Origin: an uncultured bacterium
GTDB taxonomy: Bacteria > Actinomycetota > Acidimicrobiia > Spongiisociales > ZC4RG35
Length of the DNA stretch: 64,000 bases
Assembly: GCA_963753285.1 (NCBI GenBank)
Contig: CAVWBT010000010.1
Span: forward strand, 240,481 to 304,480
Direction: 5' to 3'
Below are positions 22,440 through 32,055 of the stretch, piece by piece. The position numbers and the translations under genes were made by a program. Numbering within the stretch: the first letter of the stretch is position 1; the number at the start of each line of letters is the position of its first letter. The notes below the pieces were generated by a model. The model saw only the letters and a program-made list of their open reading frames with translations. It was not told where the DNA came from and did no database searches.

Positions 22440-23483
22440 ATGGAACATCGATATCTCGGCAACAGTGGAACACCGGTCAGCGTCCTCGGCCTCGGCACGA
22501 TGACCTTCGGTGCGGAGACCGACGAACCCGACGCTCACGCCCAGCTGGACCGGTTCGTCGAGGCGGGCGGCACCTTCATCGACACCGCCGACGTGTACTC
22601 GCGGGGCGTGTCCGAAGAGATCATCGGCCGATGGTTCGTTCGATCGGGGAAACGCGATCGAGTCGTACTCGCCACCAAGGCCCGCTTTCCGATGAGTGGT
22701 GAGCCGCTCGATCGCGGTGCCGGGCGACTGCACCTCCGACGTGCGCTCCACGCCAGCCTGCGGCGTCTGGGAACCGAGGACGTCGATCTGTATCAGGTGC
22801 ACGGCTGGGACCCCAACACCCCACTCGACGAGACGCTTGCGACGCTCGACGAATTCGTGAGCCAGGGGACCGTGGCTCACGTCGGCTGGTCGAATGTCAC
22901 CGGCTGGCAGATGCAGCGGATCGTCGACCGATGCGAGATGCACGGGTGGGCGCGCCCGGTGACACTCCAGCCGCAATACAACCTGCTGGATCGCGGCATC
23001 GAGTTGGAAGTGATGCCGATGTGTCTCGAGGAGGAGATCGGGATTCTCCCGTGGTCGCCACTCGGCGGGGGGTGGCTCACAGGCAAGTACTCCCGCGACA
23101 CCCGGCCGACGGGAGAGACCCGCCTCGGCGAAGACCCGAATCGCGGCGTCGAGGCGTATGACGCCCGCAACACGGATCGCACCTGGAGCATTCTCACGCT
23201 GATGGAGCGTATCGCCGTTCGTCGGGGCATCACCCTGGCGCAGGTCGCGCTCGCCTGGGTTCGGCAACGGCCCGGCGTTGCGTCGGTGATCCTGGGGGCC
23301 AGAACGGTCGGCCAGCTCGATGACAACCTGGCTTCGGCAGACGTGACCCTCTCCACCGAGGAGATGACCGGCCTCACCGCCCTCTCGGCGCCGGGGCTGC
23401 CTCCCTACCCATACGGCGTGGTCCGATCGATCTGCGGCGAGGATGTCTGGGACGCCATCGGGACCGCCGAGATGGAGGGGTAG
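22440..23483 (+). CDS. aldo/keto reductase
   Basis: MEHRYLGNSG...FIDTADVY...LATK... is AKR family. ATG at 22440. Confidence 0.85.
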   Translation: MEHRYLGNSGTPVSVLGLGTMTFGAETDEPDAHAQLDRFVEAGGTFIDTADVYSRGVSEEIIGRWFVRSGKRDRVVLATKARFPMSGEPLDRGAGRLHLRRALHASLRRLGTEDVDLYQVHGWDPNTPLDETLATLDEFVSQGTVAHVGWSNVTGWQMQRIVDRCEMHGWARPVTLQPQYNLLDRGIELEVMPMCLEEEIGILPWSPLGGGWLTGKYSRDTRPTGETRLGEDPNRGVEAYDARNTDRTWSILTLMERIAVRRGITLAQVALAWVRQRPGVASVILGARTVGQLDDNLASADVTLSTEEMTGLTALSAPGLPPYPYGVVRSICGEDVWDAIGTAEMEG

Positions 23484-23494
23484 ACCCGGGTTGC

Positions 23495-23662
23495 TCAAGG
23501 GCCGATCGAGGTGATGGGTTGACCCCAGAAGGCCGACATGGCATCGAGGAACGCGTCGGCTGAATCGCCGATCGGATTGCCCGGGGGCAGCAGCGGGCCG
23601 AGCGCCACGAACGCCACGGCGCCCAGCACCACCAGGCCGACCAATCGGTAGAAGGTCTTCAT
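23495..23662 (-). CDS. possible 55-aa small membrane protein
   Basis: Hand-translated MKTFYRLVGLVVLGAVAFVALGPLLPPGNPIGD.... Below the ORF-track cutoff. Weak RBS. Confidence 0.25.
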   Translation of the reverse strand: MKTFYRLVGLVVLGAVAFVALGPLLPPGNPIGDSADAFLDAMSAFWGQPITSIGP

Positions 23663-23763
23663 GGGAGACACGTTAGGTGGGCCGTCTCATCTGTGTGCCC
23701 GTTTGCGAAGCGCCGCGTCGACGGTCTCGGTAGCGTCTCGGTGTCGTCGAATGAGGTGCGGAT

Positions 23764-24192
23764 GTGCCAGTCCTGAAGCGTCAGTCGGAGAAGATCGATC
23801 TGCTCGCCGGCGTGCCGCTGTTCGCAGGTCTCACGAAGAAGGAGCTCACCGGCCTCGCCCGACTGGTGAGTGAAGTCGAGTTCCTCCCCGGTGATCACAT
23901 CGTCCACGTGGGCGATATCGGGGATGCCGCCTACGTGATCATCGAGGGCCGAGCCACGGTCCGAAGGTCGCGACGCAAGGTCGCCGAACTCTCCTCCGGT
24001 GACGTGGTCGGAGAGATGAGCCTGATCACCAAGATGCCGCGGAATGCCGGTGTTCGAGCAGACACGTTCGTTCCCGCCCTTCGCATCGAACGAGCGCAGC
24101 TGGCGCTGATCATGGATGAGTATCCGAAGGTCGCGGTCAAGATCCTCGACACGGTTGCGAGCAGGCTGATCCAGTCGATCAAGACATACTGA
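23764..24192 (+). CDS. cyclic-nucleotide-binding domain protein (stand-alone cNMP domain)
   Basis: GDHIVHVGDIGDAAYVIIEGRATV...GDVVGEMSLI matches the cNMP-binding fold. Confidence 0.7.
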   Translation: MPVLKRQSEKIDLLAGVPLFAGLTKKELTGLARLVSEVEFLPGDHIVHVGDIGDAAYVIIEGRATVRRSRRKVAELSSGDVVGEMSLITKMPRNAGVRADTFVPALRIERAQLALIMDEYPKVAVKILDTVASRLIQSIKTY

Positions 24193-24609
24193 CGCTCCGT
24201 TCCGGAATCGAATGGAACTCGGACCCCTGAAGGTGACCCCGATGTTCGATGGGAGGACGGCAGTGTCGGTTTCGTCCTCCCGAGGGTGGGTGATCCAGGT
24301 GTCCCCCTCGACCGGCTGTTGTTCCGGGCAACAGGATCAGACGACCTCGTACCTGGTGCGCCGCGCATCGACATCCACATCCCCGACCTCGGCGTGGTCG
24401 TTTCGGTCTGGTTGCACCTGGGAACGGATTCGCTGTTCGAACTGGTCGACGGGCTCCGCCTGGCCGACCCGGCTCTCTGAGTTCGGGGGCGGCTTGCGCG
24501 GCGAACCTTGACCTGAGATCGACATCAATTGTCACGAGCAACCCTGGGTTCGCACAGATGAGCGAGGCGGACCATCATCGGATAGGACATCGATCGACGG
24601 AGGTCGGCA

Positions 24610-25032
24610 ATGAACGCCAGGGCGCAGCAAGCAGCACACCAGATCACCGAGGCGGGCGTCAGAACCGGCGAGCGACTCACCGATGTCGGTGAGATGATCG
24701 CCTCCGAAGCAGCCGAGATCGCCGATCGAATCGGGACTTGGCTCGCCGACAACGATCCGGTGGGCCAAGCCCGCGAGGTCGCCACAGAATCGCTTCACGT
24801 GGTCCGGGACTGGTCCTCGGCGCTTCCCGAGCGGATCGCAGCCGCACTGCCGGTCGTCGCCACGGTTCCTGCCAAGCCGAAGAAGCGGACGCTCATCGGG
24901 ATGTTCGCTCTGGGGGCGGCGGTGGCCTACTTCTTCGATCCGGCCTCGGGAGCGGCACGCCGGGACGCCGTCAAACAGCGGATTTCCGGGCTCTTCAGGC
25001 GCAACGCTCCAGATGAGGCCGCTTCGGGGTGA
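24610..25032 (+). CDS. hypothetical protein with C-terminal TM helix
   Basis: GGAGGT RBS. Helical N-terminus and one TM segment. Stop overlaps the next GTG (GTGA). Confidence 0.5.
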   Translation: MNARAQQAAHQITEAGVRTGERLTDVGEMIASEAAEIADRIGTWLADNDPVGQAREVATESLHVVRDWSSALPERIAAALPVVATVPAKPKKRTLIGMFALGAAVAYFFDPASGAARRDAVKQRISGLFRRNAPDEAASG

Positions 25033-25487
25033 GTGATCTCGAGCCGATCGATCGGCGGTTTCTGTCCGAGGCGATCGCCGAAGCCAGGCTCGGTCTCGAG
25101 GAAGGTGGAATCCCGATCGGCTCGGTGCTCGTCATCGACGGCGAAGTCGTCGGCCGCGGACACAACCGCAGGATCCAACGCGGCAGCGTCGTGCTTCATG
25201 CCGAGATGGACGCGCTCGAGAACGCCGGGCGGCTCAGAGCCACCGACTATCGGCGCTCGGTGTTGTTCTCGACGCTCTCACCATGCGACATGTGCACGGG
25301 GGCGGTGCTGCTGTATCGGATCCCGCGAGTGGTGATCGGAGAGAATCGCACCTTCCGGGGCCCTGAGGACTATTCGGCGTCCCGGGGTGTGCGCCTCGAC
25401 GTCGTCGACGACCCCGAATGCACCGAGATGATGGAGGCCTTCATCGCCGCCAAATCCGTCCTCTGGAACGAGGACATCGGCGAATGA
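25029..25487 (+). CDS. nucleoside deaminase (CMP/dCMP-type zinc-binding, guanine/cytosine deaminase family)
   Basis: HAEMDAL...PCDMCTGA zinc-binding signature. Confidence 0.8.
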   Translation: MSDLEPIDRRFLSEAIAEARLGLEEGGIPIGSVLVIDGEVVGRGHNRRIQRGSVVLHAEMDALENAGRLRATDYRRSVLFSTLSPCDMCTGAVLLYRIPRVVIGENRTFRGPEDYSASRGVRLDVVDDPECTEMMEAFIAAKSVLWNEDIGE

Positions 25488-26159
25488 TCAGCGTCGGCTG
25501 AACGTCGAGGCGCCGCCTTCGAACGTCACTCCGAGTGTGTCGTCGTCGCAGGTGAACGGCCCCGTGCCGCCGAGCTCGCGTGACGCCACCGTCTCGGGGC
25601 CGCCGAACGGGAGTTCTTGAAGCACGCCATCGACCTCGGCTGCGAAGCTCACCTGGAGGGTCGACGACTCCGACGTGACGGTCAGCTGGTTGCCTTCCGT
25701 CGACCAGGTGCCGGCTTCCTCGCCGTTCAGCGTCGTCACGAAGGTTCCCTCGTCGGCGCTGAGACGGATCTGCCAGTCGTCGCGCTCACCGACATAGGAG
25801 CCGTCGTCGTTCATCGTCACGATGAACGAGCCGCCGCCGTGCGAGACCGTCACTTCGCCGAGATCTTCGAAGCCGGTCTCGTCGGCTGCAGCGAAGATCT
25901 GCTCGATGAAGGCCTCCGAGTCGAGTTCCCAGGTCCCGACCAGGCAATCCGCCGAGACCGCCGCCTCGGTGGTCGTCGGAGCCTCGGTCGTGGTCGTCGT
26001 GGGCGCTTCGGTTGTCGTCGTGGTCTCGGCTTCCGTGGCCTGTGTCACATCTGCCGCGTCGCCACCAACCGTGGTGGTCGTGGCGGCGTCGTCGCCACCA
26101 CAGGCCGCGATGCTGACGGCGATCGCCATGAGCATCGCTATCGAGGTCCTGGCATTCAT
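25488..26159 (-). CDS. lipoprotein with Thr-rich linker
   Basis: Internal ATG at 26159. Lipobox IAAC|GG, a TTTTTEAPTTTTTEAPTTTE linker, and a C-terminal domain with one Cys pair. Confidence 0.6.
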   Translation of the reverse strand: MNARTSIAMLMAIAVSIAACGGDDAATTTTVGGDAADVTQATEAETTTTTEAPTTTTTEAPTTTEAAVSADCLVGTWELDSEAFIEQIFAAADETGFEDLGEVTVSHGGGSFIVTMNDDGSYVGERDDWQIRLSADEGTFVTTLNGEEAGTWSTEGNQLTVTSESSTLQVSFAAEVDGVLQELPFGGPETVASRELGGTGPFTCDDDTLGVTFEGGASTFSRR

Positions 26160-26261
26160 GGAGTCCCTCCCAATGTGTCTCGCAAGCCGACGGTGCGGAG
26201 CCGTCGCTGTACACCCGCTCTGGGGCAACCATACGCTGACCTTCCGGCATAGGGTCGACTG

Positions 26262-27143
26262 ATGGAGATCCTCACCACCCCGCTTGCGCACTTCGACGCC
26301 CTCCCCGACTTCGGATACGAGAGCGCCTCCACCGACATCGGTGACGGCCTGGAAGTGCACCACGTCGAAGCCGGCGAAGGGCCGACGGTGCTGCTCATGC
26401 ACGGTCAGCCCACCTGGTCGTTCCTCTATCGGTCGATGATCGGGCCGTTGGTCGAGCACGGCTTCCGGATCGTGGCTCCCGATCTGATCGGCTTCGGCCG
26501 GTCTGCGAAGCCCCGTGAGATGAGCGACCACACCTACGAGCGGCACGTTTCGTGGATGTCGCGCTGGCTCGACGCGGTCGATCTCGACGGCGTCACGATG
26601 TTCGCACAGGACTGGGGCGGGCTCATCGGACTTCGCCTGCTCGCATCTCAACCGGATCGCTTCGCCCGGCTCGTCGTCGCCAACACCGGGCTCCCGACCG
26701 GACACCAGCGGATGCCGGAAGCCTTCTTCGCATGGCGCGAGTTCGTGCGCACGACACCAGACTTCGACTGCGGGCGCATCGTGCAGGGGGCGACGCTGCG
26801 GACGTTGAGCGACGAAGAGGTCGCCGCCTACAACGCTCCGTTCCCGGACGATTCGTATCGGGCGGGTCCGCGGGTGATGCCTTCGCTGGTCCCGACCTCG
26901 CCGGACGATCCCTCGTCGGAGCCGAACCAGGCGGCGTGGGCGGTTCTGTCCCGATGGGAGCGGCCCACGCTGACGTTGTTCTCCGACAGCGACCCGATCA
27001 CTGCCGGGGGAGAGCGCGTGTTCCAGTCGAAGGTGCCCGGCGCGTCCGGTCAGCCGCACACGACGATCGAGCACGCCGGCCACTTCCTCCAAGAGGACGC
27101 CGGGCCGCTGCTGGCCGATACGATGGCCGCATGGATGCGTTGA
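26262..27143 (+). CDS. haloalkane dehalogenase-like alpha/beta hydrolase
   Basis: HGQPTWSFLYR...DWGG nucleophile-elbow context typical of the DhaA/DhmA family. Confidence 0.8.
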   Translation: MEILTTPLAHFDALPDFGYESASTDIGDGLEVHHVEAGEGPTVLLMHGQPTWSFLYRSMIGPLVEHGFRIVAPDLIGFGRSAKPREMSDHTYERHVSWMSRWLDAVDLDGVTMFAQDWGGLIGLRLLASQPDRFARLVVANTGLPTGHQRMPEAFFAWREFVRTTPDFDCGRIVQGATLRTLSDEEVAAYNAPFPDDSYRAGPRVMPSLVPTSPDDPSSEPNQAAWAVLSRWERPTLTLFSDSDPITAGGERVFQSKVPGASGQPHTTIEHAGHFLQEDAGPLLADTMAAWMR

Positions 27144-28348
27144 CCCGGGTCATCGACGCCGTCGAACAACGGCACGACTCGTCGCCGAGTGTCGTGATCC
27201 GTTCGCCCGGACGAGTGAACCTGATCGGGGAGCACACCGACTACTCGCTGCTCCCCGTCATGCCCTTCGCCATCGACCAGGCCGTCTACATCGCAGTCTG
27301 CGAAGGACCGGACGGCATCGAAGTGGATTCGCTCACCCACCCCGACCCCGTGACGATCGAACTCGGGGGGGACCGATCCGAGCTCACCGGATGGCACCGG
27401 TACTTCGCCGCCGCCGTCGACGTTGTCGGATTCGTCGGCGGCGCACGAGTCCTCATCGATGCCGACCTCCCCGCAACCGGTGGTCTGTCGTCGTCGTCTG
27501 CCTTCACGGTCGGCGTGTTGATGGCACTCGGGACCTTCGCAGGTGACCCCCCGCAACGAGAGGAACTGCCGGAACTCGCGCTCGCCGCAGAGCGCTCGAT
27601 CGGTGTGGAGAGCGGGGCTATGGACCAGACCGTCATCTCGTTGGCGACCGAGGGGCATGCGCTCCGGATCGACTTCGACCCGTTCGGGACCAGGCACGTC
27701 CCCATCTCCGAGGATCTCGGAATCGTGGCCGCCTATTCCGGACGGGCGGCGCCGAAAGGCGGCGACGCCAACCACGCCTACAACTCCCGGGTGGTGGCCT
27801 GCCGTGCCGCCGCGATGCTGTTGGCCGCGGAGGAGGGCGTCGACCCCGGAAGCCCGCCGGTGCTGTCGAAGGTCCGTTCGTCGAACCTGGTCGAGACGCT
27901 CCCGACCGAGGCGAGCGCGGCCTCGGTTGCAGAGCGCCTCGGCGTCGACGTGGGCCGGATGGTCAGGCTCACGGCGACCGAGTTCGATCCGGACGTCGAG
28001 CTTCCGATCCAGAACGTCGCCGCCCATGTGCTGTCGGAGGCGAAGCGGGTCGACGAAGCCGAGGCGGCGCTCATGGCCGAGGACTACATCGAACTCGGCC
28101 GGCTGTTGGATGCCTCCCACGAGTCACTCGGGCACTTCGGTGCGACGTCGCCTGCGCTCGACCGGCTCACCGGGGCGATGAACCAGGCGGGCGCCTACGG
28201 GGCTCGGCTCACCGGCGCAGGATTCGGCGGCTATGCCATCGGCATCTGCGCACTCGACCGCATCGACGCGGTGATCGAGGCCTCCGAACAGGCAACCGGC
28301 GGCCCGGCATTCCGGGTGCGGCCCTCGGCGGGCGTGTCCGGAGTCTGA
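27131..28348 (+). CDS. galK: galactokinase (GHMP kinase)
   Basis: GalK signature RVNLIGEHTDY and the GHMP motif PTGGLSSSSA. ATG at 27131 overlaps the dehalogenase 3' end. Confidence 0.85.
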   Translation: MDALTRVIDAVEQRHDSSPSVVIRSPGRVNLIGEHTDYSLLPVMPFAIDQAVYIAVCEGPDGIEVDSLTHPDPVTIELGGDRSELTGWHRYFAAAVDVVGFVGGARVLIDADLPATGGLSSSSAFTVGVLMALGTFAGDPPQREELPELALAAERSIGVESGAMDQTVISLATEGHALRIDFDPFGTRHVPISEDLGIVAAYSGRAAPKGGDANHAYNSRVVACRAAAMLLAAEEGVDPGSPPVLSKVRSSNLVETLPTEASAASVAERLGVDVGRMVRLTATEFDPDVELPIQNVAAHVLSEAKRVDEAEAALMAEDYIELGRLLDASHESLGHFGATSPALDRLTGAMNQAGAYGARLTGAGFGGYAIGICALDRIDAVIEASEQATGGPAFRVRPSAGVSGV

Positions 28349-28375
28349 TCGGGAATGGGCCGGTAGGGTGCCGGC

Positions 28376-29053
28376 ATGGCGAACGACGCAACCCTCATCG
28401 ACCAGGCCGGCAGACCATGGAGGCTCTCCGAGCAACTCGACGGCGCGGCGCTGCTGGTCTTCCTACGCGGCGACTGGTGACCGTACTGCAACGGCCAGCT
28501 GGTCAGCCTGGCATCACGACACGACGAGTTCCTCGCGGCCGGCGCACGGCTGTTCGGGGTGAGCATCGATTCGCCCGCCCAGAACGCCGCCATGGTCGAG
28601 AAGCTCCTCCTTCCGTTCCCGTTGCTGTCCGACCCAGACCGCAGCCTGATGATCGAGCCGATGGGTGTCGCCGACCCGAACGATGTCCGCCGGCTCGCCA
28701 GACCGGCGATGATCCTGGTCGGAACCGAGGGATCTGAACACTGGCGGTTCGTGTCGCGGGACTTCGCCGACCGGCTCCCCAACGACGAGGTCCTCGAGCA
28801 CGTCAGACAACTCGGTCTGCCATCTGCAACCCAGCCGCCGCCAGACCTCGGTCCCGTCGAGCCGGGGGAGAGGGCGATGCCGTTCGAAGGTCTGTTCCAC
28901 TACCTCAGGGGTGCCCGTTTCGCCGCGCTGGCCATGGGTCTGCGACACAAGGACCTCGGCGAGGTGATCAAGGAGGACTCGAAGGCGTACGTCGCCGAAA
29001 TGGACGAGATGCTGGAGGCGGTGAAGTCGCTCACCGAGCGTCGCCAACGATGA
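28376..29053 (+). CDS. peroxiredoxin-fold (AhpC/TSA-like) redoxin with in-frame TGA at catalytic position: candidate selenoprotein (W-U-P-Y-C)
   Basis: ATG at 28376 opens MANDATLIDQAGRPWRLSEQLDGAALLVFLRGDW-TGA-PYCNGQLV.... The same frame continues into the listed ORF 28559..29053. TGA at 28478-28480 replaces the first Cys of the redox motif. A stem-loop with a GGUC apical loop lies 13 nt downstream. Confidence 0.55.
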
Positions 29054-29108
29054 TCGATGGCCGGGCTCTCGGCCCGGCCATCGTACGTATCGGTGTTGGT
29101 GAAGACGC

Positions 29109-29999
29109 TCAGTTCTTGTCGACGAGCACGACCGTGTAGTCGTCAAAGGGTGATCCGCCGAAGTCGACGGCGTTCACGGCAGCGATCTGGCTGCCCTTGG
29201 CCGCGATCGTCGTCGGGATGTTGAATGCAGGATCGGTGATCGTGTCGACGATCGTGCCCGACGTGAGCGTGCCGGACAGCTTGATCTTGGCGATCTGGTT
29301 CAGCCTGTTCTGCATCACGTACAGCGTCCTGCCTTCGAGCAGGATCCCGTCACCGGAGACAACGGTGTCGCCACCGAGATCGATCAGCGCACTCTCACCG
29401 GTCTCGGGATCGACCGTGTACAGCTCTCCCTTCGACGAGTTGACGATGATGAGGGTCCCGCCGTCGGCGGTGGCCTCGATGCCGTTCGTGTTGAAGCCCG
29501 GCACGAAGGCTGCTGCAGGCCCGCTGAGCGAGATCACCTCGACACCGTCGGATCCGTCGGCGCTCACGCGATAGAGCACTGGAGCGAACGAGTTCGTGAA
29601 GTAGACCGAGTCGCCCGCCACGATGGCGTCGTTGACGAATCCGAGCCCGAAGTCGTACGTGTTGACCGTCTCACCGGTCCGGCTGTCGTAGGCGGCTGCA
29701 CTCCCTGACGGACCGCCGGCGGCCCAGACGAACTTGGTGGCGTTGTCGTACGCCAGGCCAACCGAGGGAACGATTGCTGGTTCGGTGACCAGGTAGCTCG
29801 TCTCGCCGGTCCGGTAGTCGCCGACGACGATCTGACCAGTGGTCAGCGAGCCGGTGTAGAAGGTGTTGCCGTCGCCACTGACGATGCCTTCTGGCGCCAA
29901 TCCGTTGGGGGAATTCCCGGCGGGCAGTGCGATGATCGACGGGAAGGACGCCGCCGCCATCGACAGGACCGCGACGACCGAGATGATCATTGTGCGCAT
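29109..29999 (-). CDS. secreted beta-propeller protein (SMP-30/gluconolactonase/NHL-like)
   Basis: ATG at 29999 with GGAGAG RBS. Signal peptide, then repetitive Gly/Thr-rich beta-strand blades. Confidence 0.6.
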   Translation of the reverse strand: MRTMIISVVAVLSMAAASFPSIIALPAGNSPNGLAPEGIVSGDGNTFYTGSLTTGQIVVGDYRTGETSYLVTEPAIVPSVGLAYDNATKFVWAAGGPSGSAAAYDSRTGETVNTYDFGLGFVNDAIVAGDSVYFTNSFAPVLYRVSADGSDGVEVISLSGPAAAFVPGFNTNGIEATADGGTLIIVNSSKGELYTVDPETGESALIDLGGDTVVSGDGILLEGRTLYVMQNRLNQIAKIKLSGTLTSGTIVDTITDPAFNIPTTIAAKGSQIAAVNAVDFGGSPFDDYTVVLVDKN

Positions 30000-30040
30000 G
30001 TTCTCTCCTCTGATTGCACTGTGGGATGGTCGACGGGCTG

Positions 30041-30665
30041 TTACCCGATCAGCCGAATCTGACACCTGAGATGTCGATCGGCTTCAGACCGACGTCGAAC
30101 TCGATCCGGTCGGACCCGTCGGCAACACCGAGGATCGGTATCGCCGGCGTCAGGCCCGAATTCGACCCGAACGATCCGCCTGACTCCGTTCGGGTGCCGC
30201 AGATGAGGTCGGAACCAGACGGCCTCCGGGGTGTGATGAACACAGAAGAACTGTTGCGGGTGCCCCGTGATCGGCAGCAGGGTGAAGCCGGCGGTCAGCT
30301 CCGATCCATCGGTTCGGGGCGCCGGCCGGCTGAACCACGTCGGTTCGCCCGCATCGAGTCCTGCATCCCTGACCTCGGATCCGGCGTCGACGACCGATGT
30401 CGCCCGACAGGCGAAGTGGCTGAACCCGCTCCGCTCCGCCTGCGAGGTGGTCGGCGACCCGTCTCGCGAAACCGACTGCTGGGATTCGAGTTGGATCGAC
30501 GACGGTGACCAGTTCGATGTAGACGCGTTCGAACACGACGAGCCGGTTGGCGGTGCCGAACGGGTGCGCTGCCTCGGGGGTGACGACGAATCCGAGGTCG
30601 GCGAGCGCACCGGCGGCCGCGTCCAGCTCGGCGACGGGAAGGACCAGATGGTCGAGCTCGGTCAT
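30041..30665 (-). CDS. glyoxalase-like domain (PF13468-like) protein, apparent internal frameshift
   Basis: N-terminal frame (from ATG 30665) has LDHLVLPV...HPFGTANRLVVFERVYIELV. The C-terminal conserved HPNGV block is in another frame (listed ORF 30041..30610). Confidence 0.5.
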
Positions 30666-31294
30666 GTCGCACCCGGGGCGGATCGATTTCGAGACGACAG
30701 GTAGCCGTGCCAGAGGATCTGGGCCGCGATGGTGCGGAGCGGGCGCCATCGTTCGCCGATCTCTCCCAGGACGACCGGACCGGGGACGGCATCCAATCCA
30801 AGTGCCTCGGCCGTGGCCACCTGGAGCGCGCGATCGCCGATCGGCCAGATGTCGGACCGCCCCAGGCTCGACATGAGGAACACGTCGGCGGTCCAGGAGC
30901 CGATCCCGGGCACCTCGGTCAGGGCCGTGCGAACCTCGTCGTCCTCCAGGGTGGCGAGCGCCGCCGGATCGAGACGCCCGTCGAGCACTCGGGCCGCCAG
31001 TTCGCGGGCGTACCGGGTCTTCTGCCTGCTGAATCCGACGTCACGGAGTTGTTCGTCCGAGAGATCGGCCAGATCGGCGGGCCCGACACCTGAAATCAGC
31101 CCGTCGAGCCGGTCGTAGGCGGCTCTGGCCGAGTCGAGGGAGACCTGCTGTTCGAGGATCAGCAGGATCAACGTCTGAAACGACGCCGGCCGGACGAAGC
31201 GTTGCGGGAGCCCGTGATCGTCGACGATGCGTCCGAGGTGAACGTCGGACGAGGCGAGGCGGTCGACCGCCGACCGGAAGGTCTCGGCATCCAT
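30662..31294 (-). CDS. DNA-3-methyladenine glycosylase II (HhH-GPD, AlkA-like)
   Basis: HhH-GPD motif region (LTEVPGIGSWTADVFLM...D). Stop overlaps the glyoxalase-like start (ATGA). Confidence 0.75.
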   Translation of the reverse strand: MDAETFRSAVDRLASSDVHLGRIVDDHGLPQRFVRPASFQTLILLILEQQVSLDSARAAYDRLDGLISGVGPADLADLSDEQLRDVGFSRQKTRYARELAARVLDGRLDPAALATLEDDEVRTALTEVPGIGSWTADVFLMSSLGRSDIWPIGDRALQVATAEALGLDAVPGPVVLGEIGERWRPLRTIAAQILWHGYLSSRNRSAPGAT

Positions 31295-31335
31295 GGCTTA
31301 GGAGTCTGCCACGGCTGGTCGGTAGTCTGGCCGGC

Positions 31336-32055
31336 ATGGTGGTGCAGCTGTTCGTCACGTGTCTGGTGGATGGTTTCGCGCCGCAGGTCGGCAGGGCGAC
31401 CGTCGCGGTGCTCGAGTCCAACGGGCAGACCGTGGAGTTCCCGGTCGACCAGACCTGCTGTGGGCAGCCCGCCCTCAACGCCGGGGTTCGTGACGACGCC
31501 CGCGCGATGGCGGCTCACACGGTTGCCGTACTCGATGAGACGGATGGCCCGATCGTCGTCCCGTCGGGATCGTGTGCCGAGATGATGATCCACCGCTATC
31601 CCGAGCTGCTGTCGTCGGGGCCCGAGGCTGCCGCAGCCAAACGAGTGGCCAATCGCGTTCGCGAGCTCACACAATTCCTCACCGACGACCTCGGGATCGA
31701 AGTCCAGGCGCAGGGATCCGGGACGGTGACCATCCACAAGTCGTGCCACGGACTCCGGGGGCTCGGCATCGACACCGAGATCGAATCACTCGTCGACGGC
31801 GTCGACGGCATCGAGCGATGCGAGTTGCCAGGCGCCGACGAGTGCTGTGGGTTCGGCGGTCTCTTCTCGATCGAGCTTCCGGAGGTCTCGTCGGCCATCC
31901 TGCAGACCAAGATCGACAACATCATCGCCTCGGGCGCCGACACCGTCGTGGGCGGCGACATCAGCTGTCTCATGCACATCGGCGGTGGCCTGCATCGCCA
32001 GGGGGCGAACGTCGAAACCCGCCACGTGGTCGAACTGCTGGTCGACGAGACATGA
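31336..32055 (+). CDS. lutA: lactate utilization protein A (Fe-S oxidoreductase, CCG domains)
   Basis: Two CCG-type cysteine motifs (QTCCGQP..., CCGFGG). First gene of lutABC. Confidence 0.8.
   Translation: MVVQLFVTCLVDGFAPQVGRATVAVLESNGQTVEFPVDQTCCGQPALNAGVRDDARAMAAHTVAVLDETDGPIVVPSGSCAEMMIHRYPELLSSGPEAAAAKRVANRVRELTQFLTDDLGIEVQAQGSGTVTIHKSCHGLRGLGIDTEIESLVDGVDGIERCELPGADECCGFGGLFSIELPEVSSAILQTKIDNIIASGADTVVGGDISCLMHIGGGLHRQGANVETRHVVELLVDET

Noticed and set aside
25488-27092. 534-aa ORF extending the Thr-rich lipoprotein far upstream, and likewise the 761-aa, 697-aa, 598-aa and 604-aa ORFs that extend real genes upstream.
   Set aside because: The upstream extensions are R/G-rich nonsense overlapping neighbouring genes. 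Internal ATG/GTG codons with RBS and signal peptides or domain starts give much more plausible N-termini, which are used in the feature table.
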